The notes under the pieces: model-generated
What the model was told of the DNA's origin: nothing
Database searches by the model: none
Seen by the model: only the letters and a program-made list of their open reading frames with translations
Translations under genes and position numbers: made by a program
Source of the DNA: Eledone cirrhosa
Lineage: Eukaryota
Length of the DNA stretch: 64,000 bases
Direction: 5' to 3'
Assembly (NCBI GenBank): GCA_964016885.1
Contig: OZ024750.1
Coordinates: 28,272,001-28,336,000 of the forward strand
Part shown: piece by piece, positions 13,073 to 27,219 of the stretch
How positions within the stretch are numbered: the stretch's first letter is position 1
How the letters are laid out: every line of letters starts with the position of its first letter

Positions 13073-13899
13073 CTTTTATATGTATGTATATGTGTAATAT
13101 GTATGTATGTATACAGCTCTCATCAGAGAATATGTTAGTTATGCTATTTATAAGAGACTAGTCAGTAATATAAAATGACTCTACCTAATTACAGAAAACA
13201 CAATTCTATCTCATAAATAAAGCAGGGAATTAGCAGAATTGTTAGAACGTCAGGTACAGTGGTTTGTGTTAATCGAGCTGGCTCTCTGTTCTCTGAATTC
13301 AAATCCCGCCGGAGTCGACCTCACTTTTCATTTATTTGAGGTCGATACAAAAAGTACCAGTCTAATACTGGGATCAGTTCTTCCTCTCTATCTCTTATTT
13401 ACTTCCTCTCTTTCACGAATCCTATCGAGGTCAACTTTGCCTTTCATCCATTCGAGGTTGATAAAACAGATACCAGTCTAATACTGGGGCCGATTATTCT
13501 CCTATGTCTCTTTCTCGTTTCCATTCTTTCGCTCTTTATTCTTCCTTTATCTGCTGTATTCAGACCTGGAGAGTTGATGGGTTCTCCCTGGTTTAAAATG
13601 TCCAAGAAACACAGTATGTCATGACGTCACCTGCAAGACTCCATACACACGTACATGTCATAAGTGCTGGGTATATTTGTGTATGTGTGTTTGAGCGTGT
13701 ATGTTTGTCTATATGTGTGTGCCTATATGTTTGTGTATATGTGTGAGTGTATTTTTATGTCCCTGAAAATCAGCAATTATGATGGGACCTCACATCACGT
13801 CATCAACAAGAATTTCTTGAAAGTAATATCATGAATATATGTTTGATTTATTAAAATACACATATATTTATGTCCTTATAACTTAGGCCAAACTTAGAG

Positions 13900-14173
13900 C
13901 AATTACATCAATTGTCAAGTCAAGAGTACTCAAACTATACGGCCATATAAAAAGATCAACTCGTGGTGTGAGTAGATTATGCCTGGGAGGAAGGTTGGCT
14001 GGTAAGAGAAGCAGAGGCGGGCAGCCAAAACGATGGCTTGACGATGTCAACTTATGGACTGGACTTGATCTTTACTTTTTGAACTCTGCTGGTGGTGATC
14101 GAACTTTATGGAGAGAGATATCTCATGTTGATGCGCAGTCTGCAACTGGCGGAGTTTAGTGTCACAAGAAGAA
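13900..14173 (+). pseudogene. RTE LINE ORF C-terminus
   Basis: YGHIKR..GRLAGKRSRGGQPKRWLDDV..DRTLWR. Confidence 0.8.
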
Positions 14174-14204
14174 CTTAATTTTGCTTTTATCTTTATGTAA
14201 TCAT

Positions 14205-14554
14205 CAATGGTTTTTACCGGCAGAAGATCCAGGGGCAGATCTCGAGCAAGGTGGTTGGATAACATCCATGAGCTAGGTTAGTCTCGCTTGGGAATCCAAG
14301 CGGATCAGTTGGGGGCGGTTGCTTCTGACAACACCCGCTGGAAGGAGTGTTTAAAGATTCTGTCCAGCACGTGCCTTCTCGGGAAGAAGAAGAAGAAGAA
14401 GAAGAAGAAGAAGAAGAAGAAGAAGAAGAAGAAAAAGAAAAAGAAAAAGAAGAAGAAGAAGAAGAAGAAGAAGAAAAAGAAAAAGAAAAAGAAAAAGAAG
14501 AAGAAGAAGAAGAAGAAGAAAAAGAAAAAGAAAAAGAAGAAGAAGAAGAAGAAG
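14205..14554 (+). pseudogene. RTE LINE 3' end with (GAA)n tail
   Basis: GRRSRGRSRARWLDNI..VASDNTRWK followed by a GAA array. Confidence 0.8.
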
Positions 14555-14640
14555 ATCAATGATTTAAAAGCCAACTTAGTGTATATTTGTAATGTTATTT
14601 ATACAACTGTGAATAATAATTTTTTTTTTTTTTTTCACTT

Positions 14641-14823
14641 AATAATTGTTTCTACATTTGGCACAAGGCCAGCAATCAACCAGTACATTACTGGTACTTT
14701 ATTTTATCGACCCCGTAAGGATGAAAGGCAGAGTTAACCTTGGCGAGATTTGAACTCAGACTATAAAGGGCTGTAACTCTTTGCAGCAAAGCATGGCGTC
14801 CGACCCTCTACCGATACTGCCAA
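14641..14823 (-). mobile_element. SINE1
   Basis: Near full-length match to the other copies. Confidence 0.85.
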
Positions 14824-14837
14824 TAATATTTAAGTAT

Positions 14838-15118
14838 CTATCTATCTAAGGCGGGTAAAATTCCCGAGATCCATGGACGAGTTCTCTCCAGCAGTCTCTG
14901 TCCCTCATTATCGCTGCCATGTCCTGCGTCTCCAACAGACCAGTGTCTGTCCTTAGGGCATCAACATACGTTAACCTTGGTCTTCCTCTTCTAGTGTGTC
15001 CATGTAGGGGCTCCCAAAGGAGCACTGAGTGCAATGTCAACTCTGGATGTCGGTGAGCATGTCCAGCTAACCTCAGTCTCCTCTGTGTCACTTTTGAGCT
15101 GACTTTTGGAATATGCAA
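14838..15118 (-). pseudogene. RTE-type LINE 3' end with (TAGA)n tail
   Basis: RRLRLAGHAHRHPE..VLLWEPLHGHTRRGRPRLTYVDAL..RDRDCWR; a shorter plus-strand copy lies at 40122-40237. Confidence 0.85.
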
Positions 15119-15659
15119 GTATAATATTGATAATTGTTTCTACTTTTTGGCACAAGGCCAGCAATTATCCAGTGCATTACTGGTACTTTATTTTATCGAC
15201 CCCGTAAGGAATGATACTGCAATATATTTAAGTATAATATTAAGGACATTGGCGTGGCTCCCCACGTTCTCGTTGGTGTTTGTGGGTGTTGTGTTATATT
15301 ATATTGGTTCCAAGTGACTAAAGTCACCCACTGTGTTTTCATAAGGATGGTTATTGCGTGTCGAAGATAATCAAGTAATAAATCTAGATACATAAATCAC
15401 GAGCGAGGTGATACTAACGTAAATGATCTTCTAGATGCTTTAGTAACAATGGAATGAGGAATATATTTAAACAATAAAAATAGTTATTTTTAAAAATATA
15501 ACTATCATATATCTTTTTTTTTTTTTAAATGAGTAAATATAAAATACTAATTCCACCTCATATATTGATATGATTTCACTGATTCACTGCACTTTGTGTA
15601 TCATAAAAGCCCCTCCTCGGTCTTCTAATAGTGTCACTATCAACACCTTACCTTTTAAT

Positions 15660-15849
15660 AATTGTTTCTACTTTTGGCACAAGGCCAGCAATTGACCCCA
15701 GTGCATTACTGGTACTTTATTTTATCGACCCCGCAAGGATGAACGGCAAAGTTAACCTTGGCGGGATTTGAACACAGAACATAAAGGGACATAATTCTAT
15801 GCTGCAAAGCATGGTGTCTGGTGCTCTACCGATACTGCCAAACAACTGC
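15660..15849 (-). mobile_element. SINE1 with a 14-bp target-site duplication
   Basis: CCTTACCTTTTAAT occurs at 15646-15659 and 15850-15863. Confidence 0.85.
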
Positions 15850-15894
15850 CCTTACCTTTTAATTATGTCACTACAAATAACTTACTTGGGGTTT

Positions 15895-16583
15895 TTAATA
15901 GTGTTACTACCAACACCATATCTGGGAGATTTATATAGTGTTCCTACCAACACCAAATCTGGGAGATTTTTATAGTGTTACTACCAACATCATATCTGGG
16001 AGATTTTTATAGTGTTACTGCCAACACCATATCTGGGAGATTTTTATAGTGTTACTCCCAACACCATATCTGGGAGATTTTTATAGTGTTCCTACCAACA
16101 CCATATCTGGGAGATTTTTATAGTGTTACTACCAACACCATATCTAGGAGATTTATATAGTGTTACTCCCAACACCATATCTGGGAGATTTTTGTAGTGT
16201 TACCACCAACATCAAATCTGGGAGATTTATATAGTGTTACTACCAACACCATATCTGGGAGATTTTTATAGTATTACTACCAACACCATATCTGGGAGAT
16301 TTTTATAGTGTTACTACCAACACCATATCTGGGAGATTTTAATAGTGTTATTCCCAACACCATATCTGGGAGATTTTTATAGTGTTACTACCAACACCAT
16401 ATCTGGGAGATTTTAATAGTGTTACTACCAACACCATATCTGGGAGATTTTTATAGTATTACTACCAACACCATATCTGGGAGATTTTAATAGTGTTTCT
16501 ACCAACACCATATCTGGGAGATTTTAATAGTGTTACTACCAACACCATATCTGGGAGATTTTTATAGTGTTCCTACCAACACC
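15895..16583. repeat. 37-bp minisatellite, about 18 copies
   Basis: Unit TAGTGTTACTACCAACACCATATCTGGGAGATTTTTA. Confidence 0.95.
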
Positions 16584-16810
16584 TTCTTAGGAAGAATATA
16601 ACTAATAAAACATCTGATGTCAATTCATTACTAATACATTTTCAATAGCTAGCCAACTAGCCATACGTGGCCGATGACAGCTTAGTCAACGTAAAGCAAT
16701 GACGTAAATAGTCTGTAGGTAGTATCAAATTCATCTTCGAAACTAAGGTAATCATGTTTAACTTTCGTTACAGCCCACACATTTTAATGGACGTGTATAT
16801 TTAGTACAAG

Positions 16811-16965
16811 CTGGTGAATTGGCAGAGTTGTTAAAGCGACGGATAGAATGCTTTGCGGTATTCGTACTGGCTCTCTGTTTTCTGAGTTCAAACACCCTCG
16901 AGGTCAGCTTTACCTTTCGTCCTTTCGAGGTCGATAAAAAAAGTACCAGTCTCACACTGAGGTCG

Positions 16966-16968
<3 letters not shown>
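16811..16968 (+). mobile_element. Older diverged SINE1-like copy
   Basis: TGGCAGAG..GAGTTCAAA..CCTTTCGAGGTCGATAAAA..GTACCAG. Confidence 0.65.
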
Positions 16969-17052
<84 letters not shown>

Positions 17053-17162
17053 ACTTCTCTGGAGGAAATATAATGTGTTCAGACTTGGCGAAGGATATGC
17101 TCTGATTCGTTTGCAATTATTATTAATATTCGAAAAACTCAGATTACATATATATATATGTG

Positions 17163-17490
<328 letters not shown>

Positions 17491-17551
17491 TATATATATA
17501 TATATAAATATATATATATAGTAATAATAATAAATTTGAAGACTAAAATCC

Positions 17552-17842
17552 ATGTAGGAGGTGAGTTTTATTGTAGTACAATAAGGCAATGCAGATATCT
17601 CCTCTTTTTTCACCACCTCCCCCTCCCCCACCCCCATTGTTTTCCCAATATCACATATCAATGTTAAACAACTTTTCATATGTTGATTTAAAACTGCACT
17701 ATTCACAAGTGTTTTTAACCTTCATATCATGTCTCCCTATTTTATCTGACGAAAAGGCAGATGTCATCGCATGATGATATTTGTTTTTGAAATGCGCATA
17801 ATAAAATACATGGAACTCTTTTAACCATCTTTTGATCTTATA
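17552..17842. mobile_element. PLE-like family C inverted element (diverged subfamily)
   Basis: Inverted tail GTAGGAGGTGAG..GCAGATATC joined to a plus-strand arm ending GATCTTA(TA)n. Confidence 0.8.
17738..17808 (+). ncRNA. Type I hammerhead ribozyme (family C)
   Basis: TATTTTAT CTGACGA [16-bp stem II, loop GCAT] GAAA TGCGCA TA ATAAAATA: 8-bp stem I and a palindromic loop III. Confidence 0.85.
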
Positions 17843-17855
17843 TATATACATATAC

Positions 17856-17889
<34 letters not shown>

Positions 17890-18400
17890 GTATATATATG
17901 TATACATTAATGTTTGTATGTATATACGTATGTGGGTTTGCATGTATTTATGTATGTATGTGTGTGTATGTCTGTATGTATGTATGTATGTATGTATGTA
18001 TGTATGTATGTATGTATGTATGTGTGTATGTATGTGTATGTGTGTAGGTATGTGTGAGTGTTTTTTTTATGTTTTCAGAACATACTCATAGAAGAGCGCT
18101 CACTCATACGTGTGCACTCGCACACACACACACATACTCACACAGAAACACACACAGTCACAGGGAAACACTCACACATATAGACACAGTCACACCGAAA
18201 CAGACATAAGGAAGAAAACATTTTTTTTTTTTTTTTTTTCAAATGTATAGTAAAATAAAGTGTGTTTGATAGATTGAAAAGATAAGAGAATGATTGAAGT
18301 TTATATATATTTCTGTAATCAGGTCATCTCACAAAAATTACATATTTCAAGTGCCATCGAAACATCAGGACATTCTATTTTCAAGCAATGTTATTTATAC

Positions 18401-18437
<37 letters not shown>

Positions 18438-18756
18438 AATGTAAGAGCGTCTGTGTATTTAGGTTTATGTATGTGTGTGTGTGTACGTTTTATTTTCGTG
18501 ATTTGTGCATGCATTCCTCTCGCCCCCCTCCCTCTCTCTGGCTATCTCTCCCACTCTCTCTATTTCTCTGTAAATTTCAGTATATCTTCTATCTCACTCT
18601 CTGTGTATATAATTATACATTTTACAAAATATACGCACATATATATACACACAAATACACAGATTACCTCACAACACTATATATATATATACACACTTTT
18701 ACTCTTTTACCTGTTCCAGCTATCCGGCTGAGGCCATGCTGGTGCACCGCCCTTGA

Positions 18757-18799
<43 letters not shown>

Positions 18800-18803
<4 letters not shown>

Positions 18804-18946
18804 AGATATGAAAAGATTTAGGACCCCGACGGCTGAGCTTCAGCCGTCGGGGTCTTGAATCTTTTCCTATTACCCACTCTACTATCCCAAGTATCGAGTA
18901 CTCCGGTGGGTTATGGTCTAACTGGTTTTTACCACACCCTATCTGA
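18800..18946. mobile_element. PLE family A variant, folded back at the stem III loop
   Basis: GACCCCGACGGCTGAGCTTCAGCCGTCGGGGTC followed by a family-A-like tail; flanked by TA. Confidence 0.75.
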
Positions 18947-18961
18947 TATATATATATATAT

Positions 18962-19157
18962 AAGAAAGAGTCGAGGCCCAACAGCTGAGCTCTTGCTGTT
19001 TCAACAGCTAGTTCCAGACGGTTGAGTGTGGAACTAGCTGTTCATAAACAGTAAGAGCTCAGCTGTTGGGCCCGACTCTTTCTAATATAGTCACACTCTA
19101 CCATCCCAAGTATCGAGGTACTCTGTTGAATAATGATCTAACTTGTTTAATCCTAAT
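18962..19157. mobile_element. Diverged family-A subfamily foldback element
   Basis: Arms carry GAAACAGCAAGAGCTCAGCTGTT-GGGCC; tail CACTCTACCATCCCAAGTATCGAG resembles family A. Confidence 0.7.
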
Positions 19158-19236
19158 ATATATACATCTACATATATATGTGTGTGTGTGTGTGTGTGTT
19201 TGTGTGTGTGTGCGTGTGTGTGTGTGTGTGTGTGTG

Positions 19237-19510
19237 GAGGTACGTGGCCTAGTGGTAAGGGTTTGGGATTTACGATCATAATGTCGTGGGTTCGATTCCT
19301 GGGTTGTGTGTTGTGTTCTTGAGTAAAAACACTTCGTTTCAGGTTGCTCCAGTATACTCAGCTGAAGGTGAGCAATAGTTGGGGGTTTAACCCTGCGATG
19401 GATTGGCGTCCTGTCCAGGAGGGAGTCTTATACTCTCAGTCGCTTCACGCCATGAAACTGGGATAAGCACAGGTCAAATGAGCCTTCTGGCTTCAGACAG
19501 ACTTTAGACC
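19237..19510 (+). mobile_element. tRNA/CORE-type SINE with a V-SINE-like tail
   Basis: TGGCCTAGTGG, GTTCGATTCC, GTTGCTCCAG..CTCAGCTG and CCCTGCGATGGATTGGCGTCCTGTCCAGG. Confidence 0.65.
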
Positions 19511-19514
19511 TTTT

Positions 19515-19847
<333 letters not shown>

Positions 19848-20266
19848 GCCTTTAAAATATATATTCATGTATGTATGTGTGTGTATATGTGTAGGTATAT
19901 GCATACAAATATGTATGTATGTTAAGGGGCTCTATTTCATTACTGAAAGACCACTATGAACGTGTGAAGCTAGAGCTGTGAAATCTTGCATGCATTAATT
20001 CCAACTCTTCCTATTAATAACTGCATTGTTTCATTCCAGAGACTATATAGAAAAATAAACCTCATATGGTCATTCTATGAGTGTATCATTGTTAGTCTAT
20101 GAATGAGTGATGTTAGAGCTGTGAAATCTGCATGCATTTATTTCAACTCTTATTATTATTAACTGCATTGTTTCTTTCCAGTGACCATGTTGAAAAGAAA
20201 ACCTCATTTGGTCATTCCTTGAGAGTATCTTTGTCAACCTATATACTTTTCATGATAAATATGTTA

Positions 20267-20700
20267 AATAATTGTTTCTACTTTTGGCACAAGGCCAGCA
20301 ATTTCCCAGTGCATTACTGGTACTTTGCTTTATCGATACTGTAAGGATGAAAGGCAAAGTTAACCTCGGCGGGATTTGAACTCAGTCCGTAAAGGGACGT
20401 AACTCTATGCTGGAAAGCATGGGGTCGGACTTTTTATTGATACTGGGTCAGACGCCATGCTTTTTAGCATAGAGTTACGTTCCTTTACGGACTGAGTTCA
20501 AACCTCGCCGAACACATTAATAATTCTAACATTGGTACCAGGACATCAATTTAAAGAGAAGGGGAAAGTCGATTATATCAACCCCCAATACTTAATTGGT
20601 AATTTATTTTATCGATCCCGAAATGATGAAAGGCAAAGCTGACCTCAGCGAGATCTGAACTAAAAATGTAAAGGGACTTAACTAAATACATCCCAGCATT
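20267..20700. mobile_element. SINE1 (minus), an inverted SINE1 head fragment (plus), and an older minus copy
   Basis: 20446-20510 is the reverse complement of about 20367-20430. Confidence 0.75.
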
Positions 20701-20767
20701 TCCAAACAAATTGTGTACCTGACTGGAACGTTTCGTAACAGATAAACTTATTATATTGATTGTGTGT

Positions 20768-20840
<73 letters not shown>

Positions 20841-21232
20841 AGGAGAGAGAGAGCAAGACAGACGAGGTAAATAGATTGGCCGTGAGATAATAAAATCCCA
20901 ATAGAATCTGCTATCTTTAAAAACTCGCCACAGAAATGATATATTTTATCAAAATCGGTGTTAACTCTATTATCTACTATATTCCCAGATTTGTCTTTGC
21001 TTTGCATTACACACACACGCACACACACACAAACACACACACCTCATATAATTCGAGTATGTTTTAGCTAATTACCGACACTTCAGTATGCTGGGTAGAG
21101 CATTCGATGAACTGTGCAGGTGGGTCTGTTTACTCCGGACTATATAAACAAGAAGTGTAAGTGAACAGGTTAAAATTAACTTTGTTCATACATAGTCGCT
21201 GTTATATACATTTCGGTTATATATATATATAT

Positions 21233-21690
<458 letters not shown>

Positions 21691-22193
21691 GTTGTTGTTG
21701 TTGTCAATTACAGACAAAGTCGGCTTCATTATCTTTAACATTATAAATTAAAGGAGGGCCGAAACGCTCGCGTGTGGAGGGTAGGGAGTTCTTCTCTAAA
21801 GACCTTCTGCTGTCCAGCTCTCCTGGGAGTTTCTTACCACTTAGAATTGAAGTATCTTTCTACCACCACTTAATGAGACCAACATGTTTGAAAATATTTC
21901 TTACAGAAGTCAACCTCCTTTGATTTGAACTCTATCAATAACATAAGTATCAGTAGTTGTGAATTTTTGAGTGTTTTCGCGTCTAAAGGTGAACATATAT
22001 AGGTATCATCATATCTAACTATTGTGATTGATAGCTGTTGAATGCCAACAAATATCTCTAGACTTTTATCTGTGAATACTTGTTGACATATCAGTTACTT
22101 TGACGCTGTGTGTGTGTGTGTGTGTGTGCGCGTGTGTGTGTTTGTGTTTGTGTGTGTGTATGTGTGTGTGCGTATGTGTGTGTGTTTGTGTGC

Positions 22194-22257
<64 letters not shown>

Positions 22258-22446
22258 ATCAAATCTCTCAACTCGGAGCTGGAGAATATTTATAGCATAA
22301 TTTTATCTTATTTGAACGAATTTGATAACATTCGTACAAAACTGGTGATCAACGCTCACATACTCACACATACACACACACTCTCTCTCTCTTTCTCTCT
22401 CACACACACACACACACACACTCTTTCTCACTCACACAAACAGACA

Positions 22447-22612
22447 CACTCAAGTTATTGAGTCAGACACTTAACACTCAAGTTATTGAATCAAACACTT
22501 AACACTCAAGTTATTGGGTAAGACACTTAAAACTCAAGTTATTGAATCAAACACTTAACACTCAAGTTATTGAGTCAGACACTTAACACTCAAGATATTG
22601 AGTCAGACACTT
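22447..22612. repeat. 28-bp minisatellite, about 6 copies
   Basis: Unit CACTCAAGTTATTGAGTCAGACACTTAA. Confidence 0.9.
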
Positions 22613-22635
22613 TATATATATATATATATATACAT

Positions 22636-22845
22636 ATCGACTTTCGTCAAATAGGACCGAGGAAACAATGTTTCCATTGGTCTTTCCAATTGCTAGTACT
22701 ATCTATCGGTTGCAACTCCAGGTGGAAGGAGCAACGTGAAATAAAGTGTCTTGCTCAAGGACATAACGCATCGCCCGGTCCAGGAATCGAAGTAACAACC
22801 TCACGATTGCGAATCCAGTTCTCTAACCAATCAGCCACACGCCTT
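22636..22845 (-). mobile_element. SINE2 in (TA)n
   Basis: Reverse complement of 12855-13068. Confidence 0.85.
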
Positions 22846-22866
22846 ATATATATATATATATATATA

Positions 22867-23188
22867 TTAGAAATTAGAAATTATGAGCTTTCACCGTATT
22901 TTAGACTAAAGAAATGTCTAGCCTGATAGTGGGGTTTATAACCCTCGGAGAAATGGAAAAAGATGAGTGTTGCCGTACATGGTCTGGATAACCAAAAATG
23001 TGGCCTCCCATGTACGGCAACACTCATCTTTTTCCATTTCTCCGAGGGTTATAAACCCCACTATCAGGCTAGAAATTTCTTTAGTCTAAAATACGGTGAA
23101 AGCTTATAATTTCTAATTTCTAATTTTCAAACTCGCGCACCGTTTCAAAAACATACTTACATGTTTTGTTTACATTTATAATTTGCTT
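22867..23188. mobile_element. Family E foldback element in (TA)n (about 115-bp arms plus tail)
   Basis: 22867-22982 is inverted against about 23008-23123. No intact HHR core was recognised. Confidence 0.7.
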
Positions 23189-23328
23189 GTATATATATAT
23201 ATATAATATAGTGCGCTACTATTACACTCTGCTTAGTACAATCCCAAAGTAGAGAGTGGAAATGACGTAACTACGCCTCGGGTGCTCAATTTGGTGAACC
23301 AACAGTAACTTGACGTTACAATCCCTAA

Positions 23329-23420
<92 letters not shown>

Positions 23421-23508
23421 TGTGTGTGTGTGTGTGTGTGTGTGTTTGCGTGTATGTGTATTATATATATATATATATATGATTTGGATACTCTGCTTCG
23501 TAGAATCG

Positions 23509-23610
23509 AGACATACCTGAGGATCTTATGATTTCAGAGTCAGGTTTGATCATTGCATCGATCGTGCCTCGAGCTGGTCGCCAGAGAAACGATTGTAATA
23601 ATATATGTCT
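23509..23610 (+). ncRNA. Hammerhead-like motif with a large stem II insert, in a TA-flanked island
   Basis: AGACATAC CTGAGGA TCT..AGA GAAA CGATTG TA ataata TATGTCT; stem I is imperfect next to the core. Confidence 0.45.
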
Positions 23611-23672
23611 AATAAATCTAATAAATCTTATTCGTCTCACCACTGATTCTCCGTTTCTTATGTGATATATAC

Positions 23673-23785
<113 letters not shown>

Positions 23786-23802
23786 TATATATACATATAT
23801 AG

Positions 23803-23968
23803 ATAAGTTTATCTCGGGTTCAGTCGGGGGGTATCCACAGTAAGTAAAGTACTCAATACAAAGCAGAGTATAAATATTTAATATAGAAAAGGCTTCTACA
23901 GGACTGGAACTGTTTCATTCGTGATAAATCATCAGCAAGCTGATGAAACAGTTATAGTCCTGTAGAAG

Positions 23969-23972
<4 letters not shown>
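23803..23972. mobile_element. PLE-like family D foldback element with HHR core on the minus strand (23902-23935)
   Basis: Minus strand: CTGATGA tttatcacgaat GAAAC agttcca GTC ctgtag. The 5' strand of stem I is lost at the apex. Confidence 0.75.
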
Positions 23973-24050
<78 letters not shown>

Positions 24051-24177
24051 TTCTGTTAGCTTTCCATCTGGTTGAAGAGATTGTTTTTCCTATTTTTCTA
24101 GTTTGGACTTGTTCTCTGTTCCCTCAATTTCCTCCCCTCCCCAACCTACACTTCTTTCCCCCACCCCCGTTTCTACC

Positions 24178-24222
<45 letters not shown>

Positions 24223-25059
24223 TTCCCTTTGGTATTTTTCAAACACCCCCAACCGCCACCCGCCATAACATATACCAATACAGACGTAGACAAATTCTAG
24301 ACGTATTTTTACCTCTCTTAGAACAAGAAGAAGAAACAGCTCCTTCCCTCCACCATTTTTTTCATCCATTCCATTCCTTCCTTCCTTCCTTCCTTCCTTC
24401 CTTCCTTCCTTCCTTCCTTCCTTCCTTCCTTCCTTCCTTCCTTCCTTCCTTCCTTCCTTCCTTCCTTCCTTCCTTCCTTCCTTCCTTGCCAGGTATGAGA
24501 CGGAACACATCATCAGTGCTGTCTGACTTTGTGTAACTTTTATATGTAATTGGCGTGGATCCAATTACCAAACCTCAGCCCCCCTCCTCCCCCTCCACTT
24601 CCTACACCTCCAGCCGCAAGCAAAAAGGGGAAACAATCAGTGAACTCAACCTAACCCCCCCCCCCCTCCCCCACACACACGCACACACACAAACCTGTCC
24701 TCCTGATCCTCCCCCTCCTCCTCCTCCTGCCCCCCCTCCACTTCCTCTGCTAATAGTAGAAACAACAATACACAGTATATTTTACCCCCTTAACCAAACC
24801 ATCATCATCATCATCATCATATAGTAGTAACAACAATACAAACGACTATCATCATCATCATCATCATCATCATCATCGTCATCATCATCGTCGTCATCAT
24901 CATTATCTAGTAGAAACAACACTACACAATATCTACCCCTCACCACCCCCACCCCACAAAAAACAAGCCATCACCATCAACATCATCACCATCATCATCA
25001 TCACCATCACCATCATCGTCATCATCAACACCATCATCATCACCATCATCACCATCAGC

Positions 25060-25640
25060 ACCATCACCATCACTAGTAACAACACTAAAGTCCCCCCCTC
25101 AAACCAAGCCATCACCATCATCACCATCACCATCACTAGTAACAACACTAAAGTGCCCCCCACCCCCAAACAAGCCATCACCATCACCATCACTAGTAAC
25201 AACACTAAAGTGCCCCCCCCCCCAAACAAGCCATCACCATCACCATCACCATCACTAGTAACAACACTAAAGTGCCCCCCCCCCCCCCAAACAAGCCATC
25301 ACCATCACCATCACCATCACTAGTAACAACACTAAAGTGCCCCCCCCCCAAACAAGCCATCACCATCACCATCACCATCACTAGTAACAACACTAAAGTG
25401 CCCCCCCCCCAAACAAGCCATCACCATCACCATCACCATCACTAGTAACAACACTAAAGTGCCCCCCCCCCAAACAAGCCATCACCATCACCATCACCAT
25501 CACTAGTAACAACACTAAAGTGCCCCCCCCCCCCCCAAACAAGCCATCACCATCACCATCACCATCACTAGTAACAACACTAAAGTGCCCCCCCCCCCTC
25601 AAACAAGCCATCACCATCACCATCACTAGTAACAACACTA
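25060..25640. repeat. About 60-bp minisatellite with variable C run, about 10 copies
   Basis: CATCACTAGTAACAACACTAAAGTG(C)nAAACAAGC(CATCAC)n. Confidence 0.9.
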
Positions 25641-25699
25641 CTGTGTCTACCCCACCCTACCAAAAAAAAAAAAACCCATCATCATCATCATCATCATGA

Positions 25700-25885
25700 T
25701 TATGGATTGACAGTATCGGTAGAGCGTCAGACGTCATGCTTTGCAGCATAGAGTTTCGGCCCTTTACGTTCTGAGTTCAAATCCCGCCGAGGTTAACTTT
25801 GCCTTTCATCCTTAAGGGGGGGGGGGGGGGTCGATACAATAAAGTACCAGTAATGCACTGGGGTTAATTGCTGGCCTTGTGCCAT
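25700..25885 (+). mobile_element. SINE1
   Basis: A/B boxes and core with an expanded G run. Confidence 0.8.
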
Positions 25886-26007
25886 TGGTAAGTCTTCTCT
25901 ACTACACTGCCCCTAATTTGGCTCCCTTCCAACATCGGCTTTTCTAGACTATGTCCACCCACTATTTCTTTTTCTTTTTCTTGCTACCACCCCCTCCCCC
26001 TCCATGG

Positions 26008-26683
26008 CATCATCATCATCATCGTCATCATCATCATCATCACCATCATTATCATCATCATAATCTTCATCATCATCATCATCATTATCATCATCATCAT
26101 CTTCACCATCGTCATCATCTTCACCATCGTCATCATCTTCACCATCATCATCATCATCATAATCTTCATCATCATCATCATCGTCATCACCATCATCATC
26201 ATCGTTATCACCATCATCATCATCGTCATCACCATCATCATCATCATCATAATCTTCATCATCATCAATGTCATCATCATCATCATCGTCGTCGTCGTCG
26301 CCATCATCATCATCGTCGTCATTTTCATCATCATCATCATCATCATCATAATCTTCATCATCATAATCTTCATCATTACCATCATCGACACCATCATCAC
26401 CATCATCATAATCTTCATCATCATCATCATAATCTACATCATCATCATCGTCATCATCGTCGTCGTCGTCATCATCATACTCATCATGATAATAACAATC
26501 ATCATCATTACCATCCCCATCACCATCACCATCACCATCAACAACATCATCATCATCATCACCATGACAATCACCATCATTACCACCATCACCACCACCA
26601 TCACCATGACCATGACCATCACCATCACCATCACCACCATCACCATCATCATCACCATCACCATCACCATCACCATCAACAAC
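26008..26683. repeat. (CAT/CAC)n trinucleotide array
   Basis: Direct reading. Confidence 0.95.
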
Positions 26684-26752
26684 AATTCACCTGATTGACA
26701 AAGTAAGACGTAGACAAACTTTATAATCCATTGCTCAGAAACTCGTTATTTA

Positions 26753-26837
<85 letters not shown>

Positions 26838-27219
26838 TCACCTCTTCCTCGCCAGTTACTGCAATGGCCTCAGCTTCCATCAGCCAGCAAGCTACATACC
26901 ACATAGGTCTTCCTTCCAGTATCTCTACTTCTTATCTTTTCATCAGCTCTACTTTGTTTGCTAATGTTCCACCATATGGCACACGTTTCCTCACAATTCT
27001 CGCCGTCATGGCAACAATGTTTTTTGGGAACACCCAGCGTTTCTGTAAAGTATTCCCTCTCACAGACAGAAATTCGAACGGAAAACCATATGCATCGATT
27101 TCATGGCCTTATGAAGGATTACAAAGATGCCCTCGCTTCCTTTTCCATATAGTGAATGCACTTAAATTCCGTTATAACGAAATTCACGGGTATAAAAATT
27201 GTTGTAACGAAAAATTCTT

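Noticed and set aside
15895-16583. 37-bp repeats of CRISPR-like length
   Set aside because: Units are contiguous with no unique spacers, there are no cas genes, and the context is eukaryotic.
21870-22090. Minus-strand frame containing VGIQQLSITIVRYDDTYI, reminiscent of an RT YADD region
   Set aside because: Too degenerate to support without an HMM search.
22915-23123. Hammerhead in family E
   Set aside because: Only fragments (CTGATAG on one arm, GAAAGCT(T/C)ATA on the other); no coherent core on one strand.
25951-26694. 247-aa poly-His ORF
   Set aside because: A (CAT)n array that is also open as poly-Met or poly-Ile, with no coding complexity.
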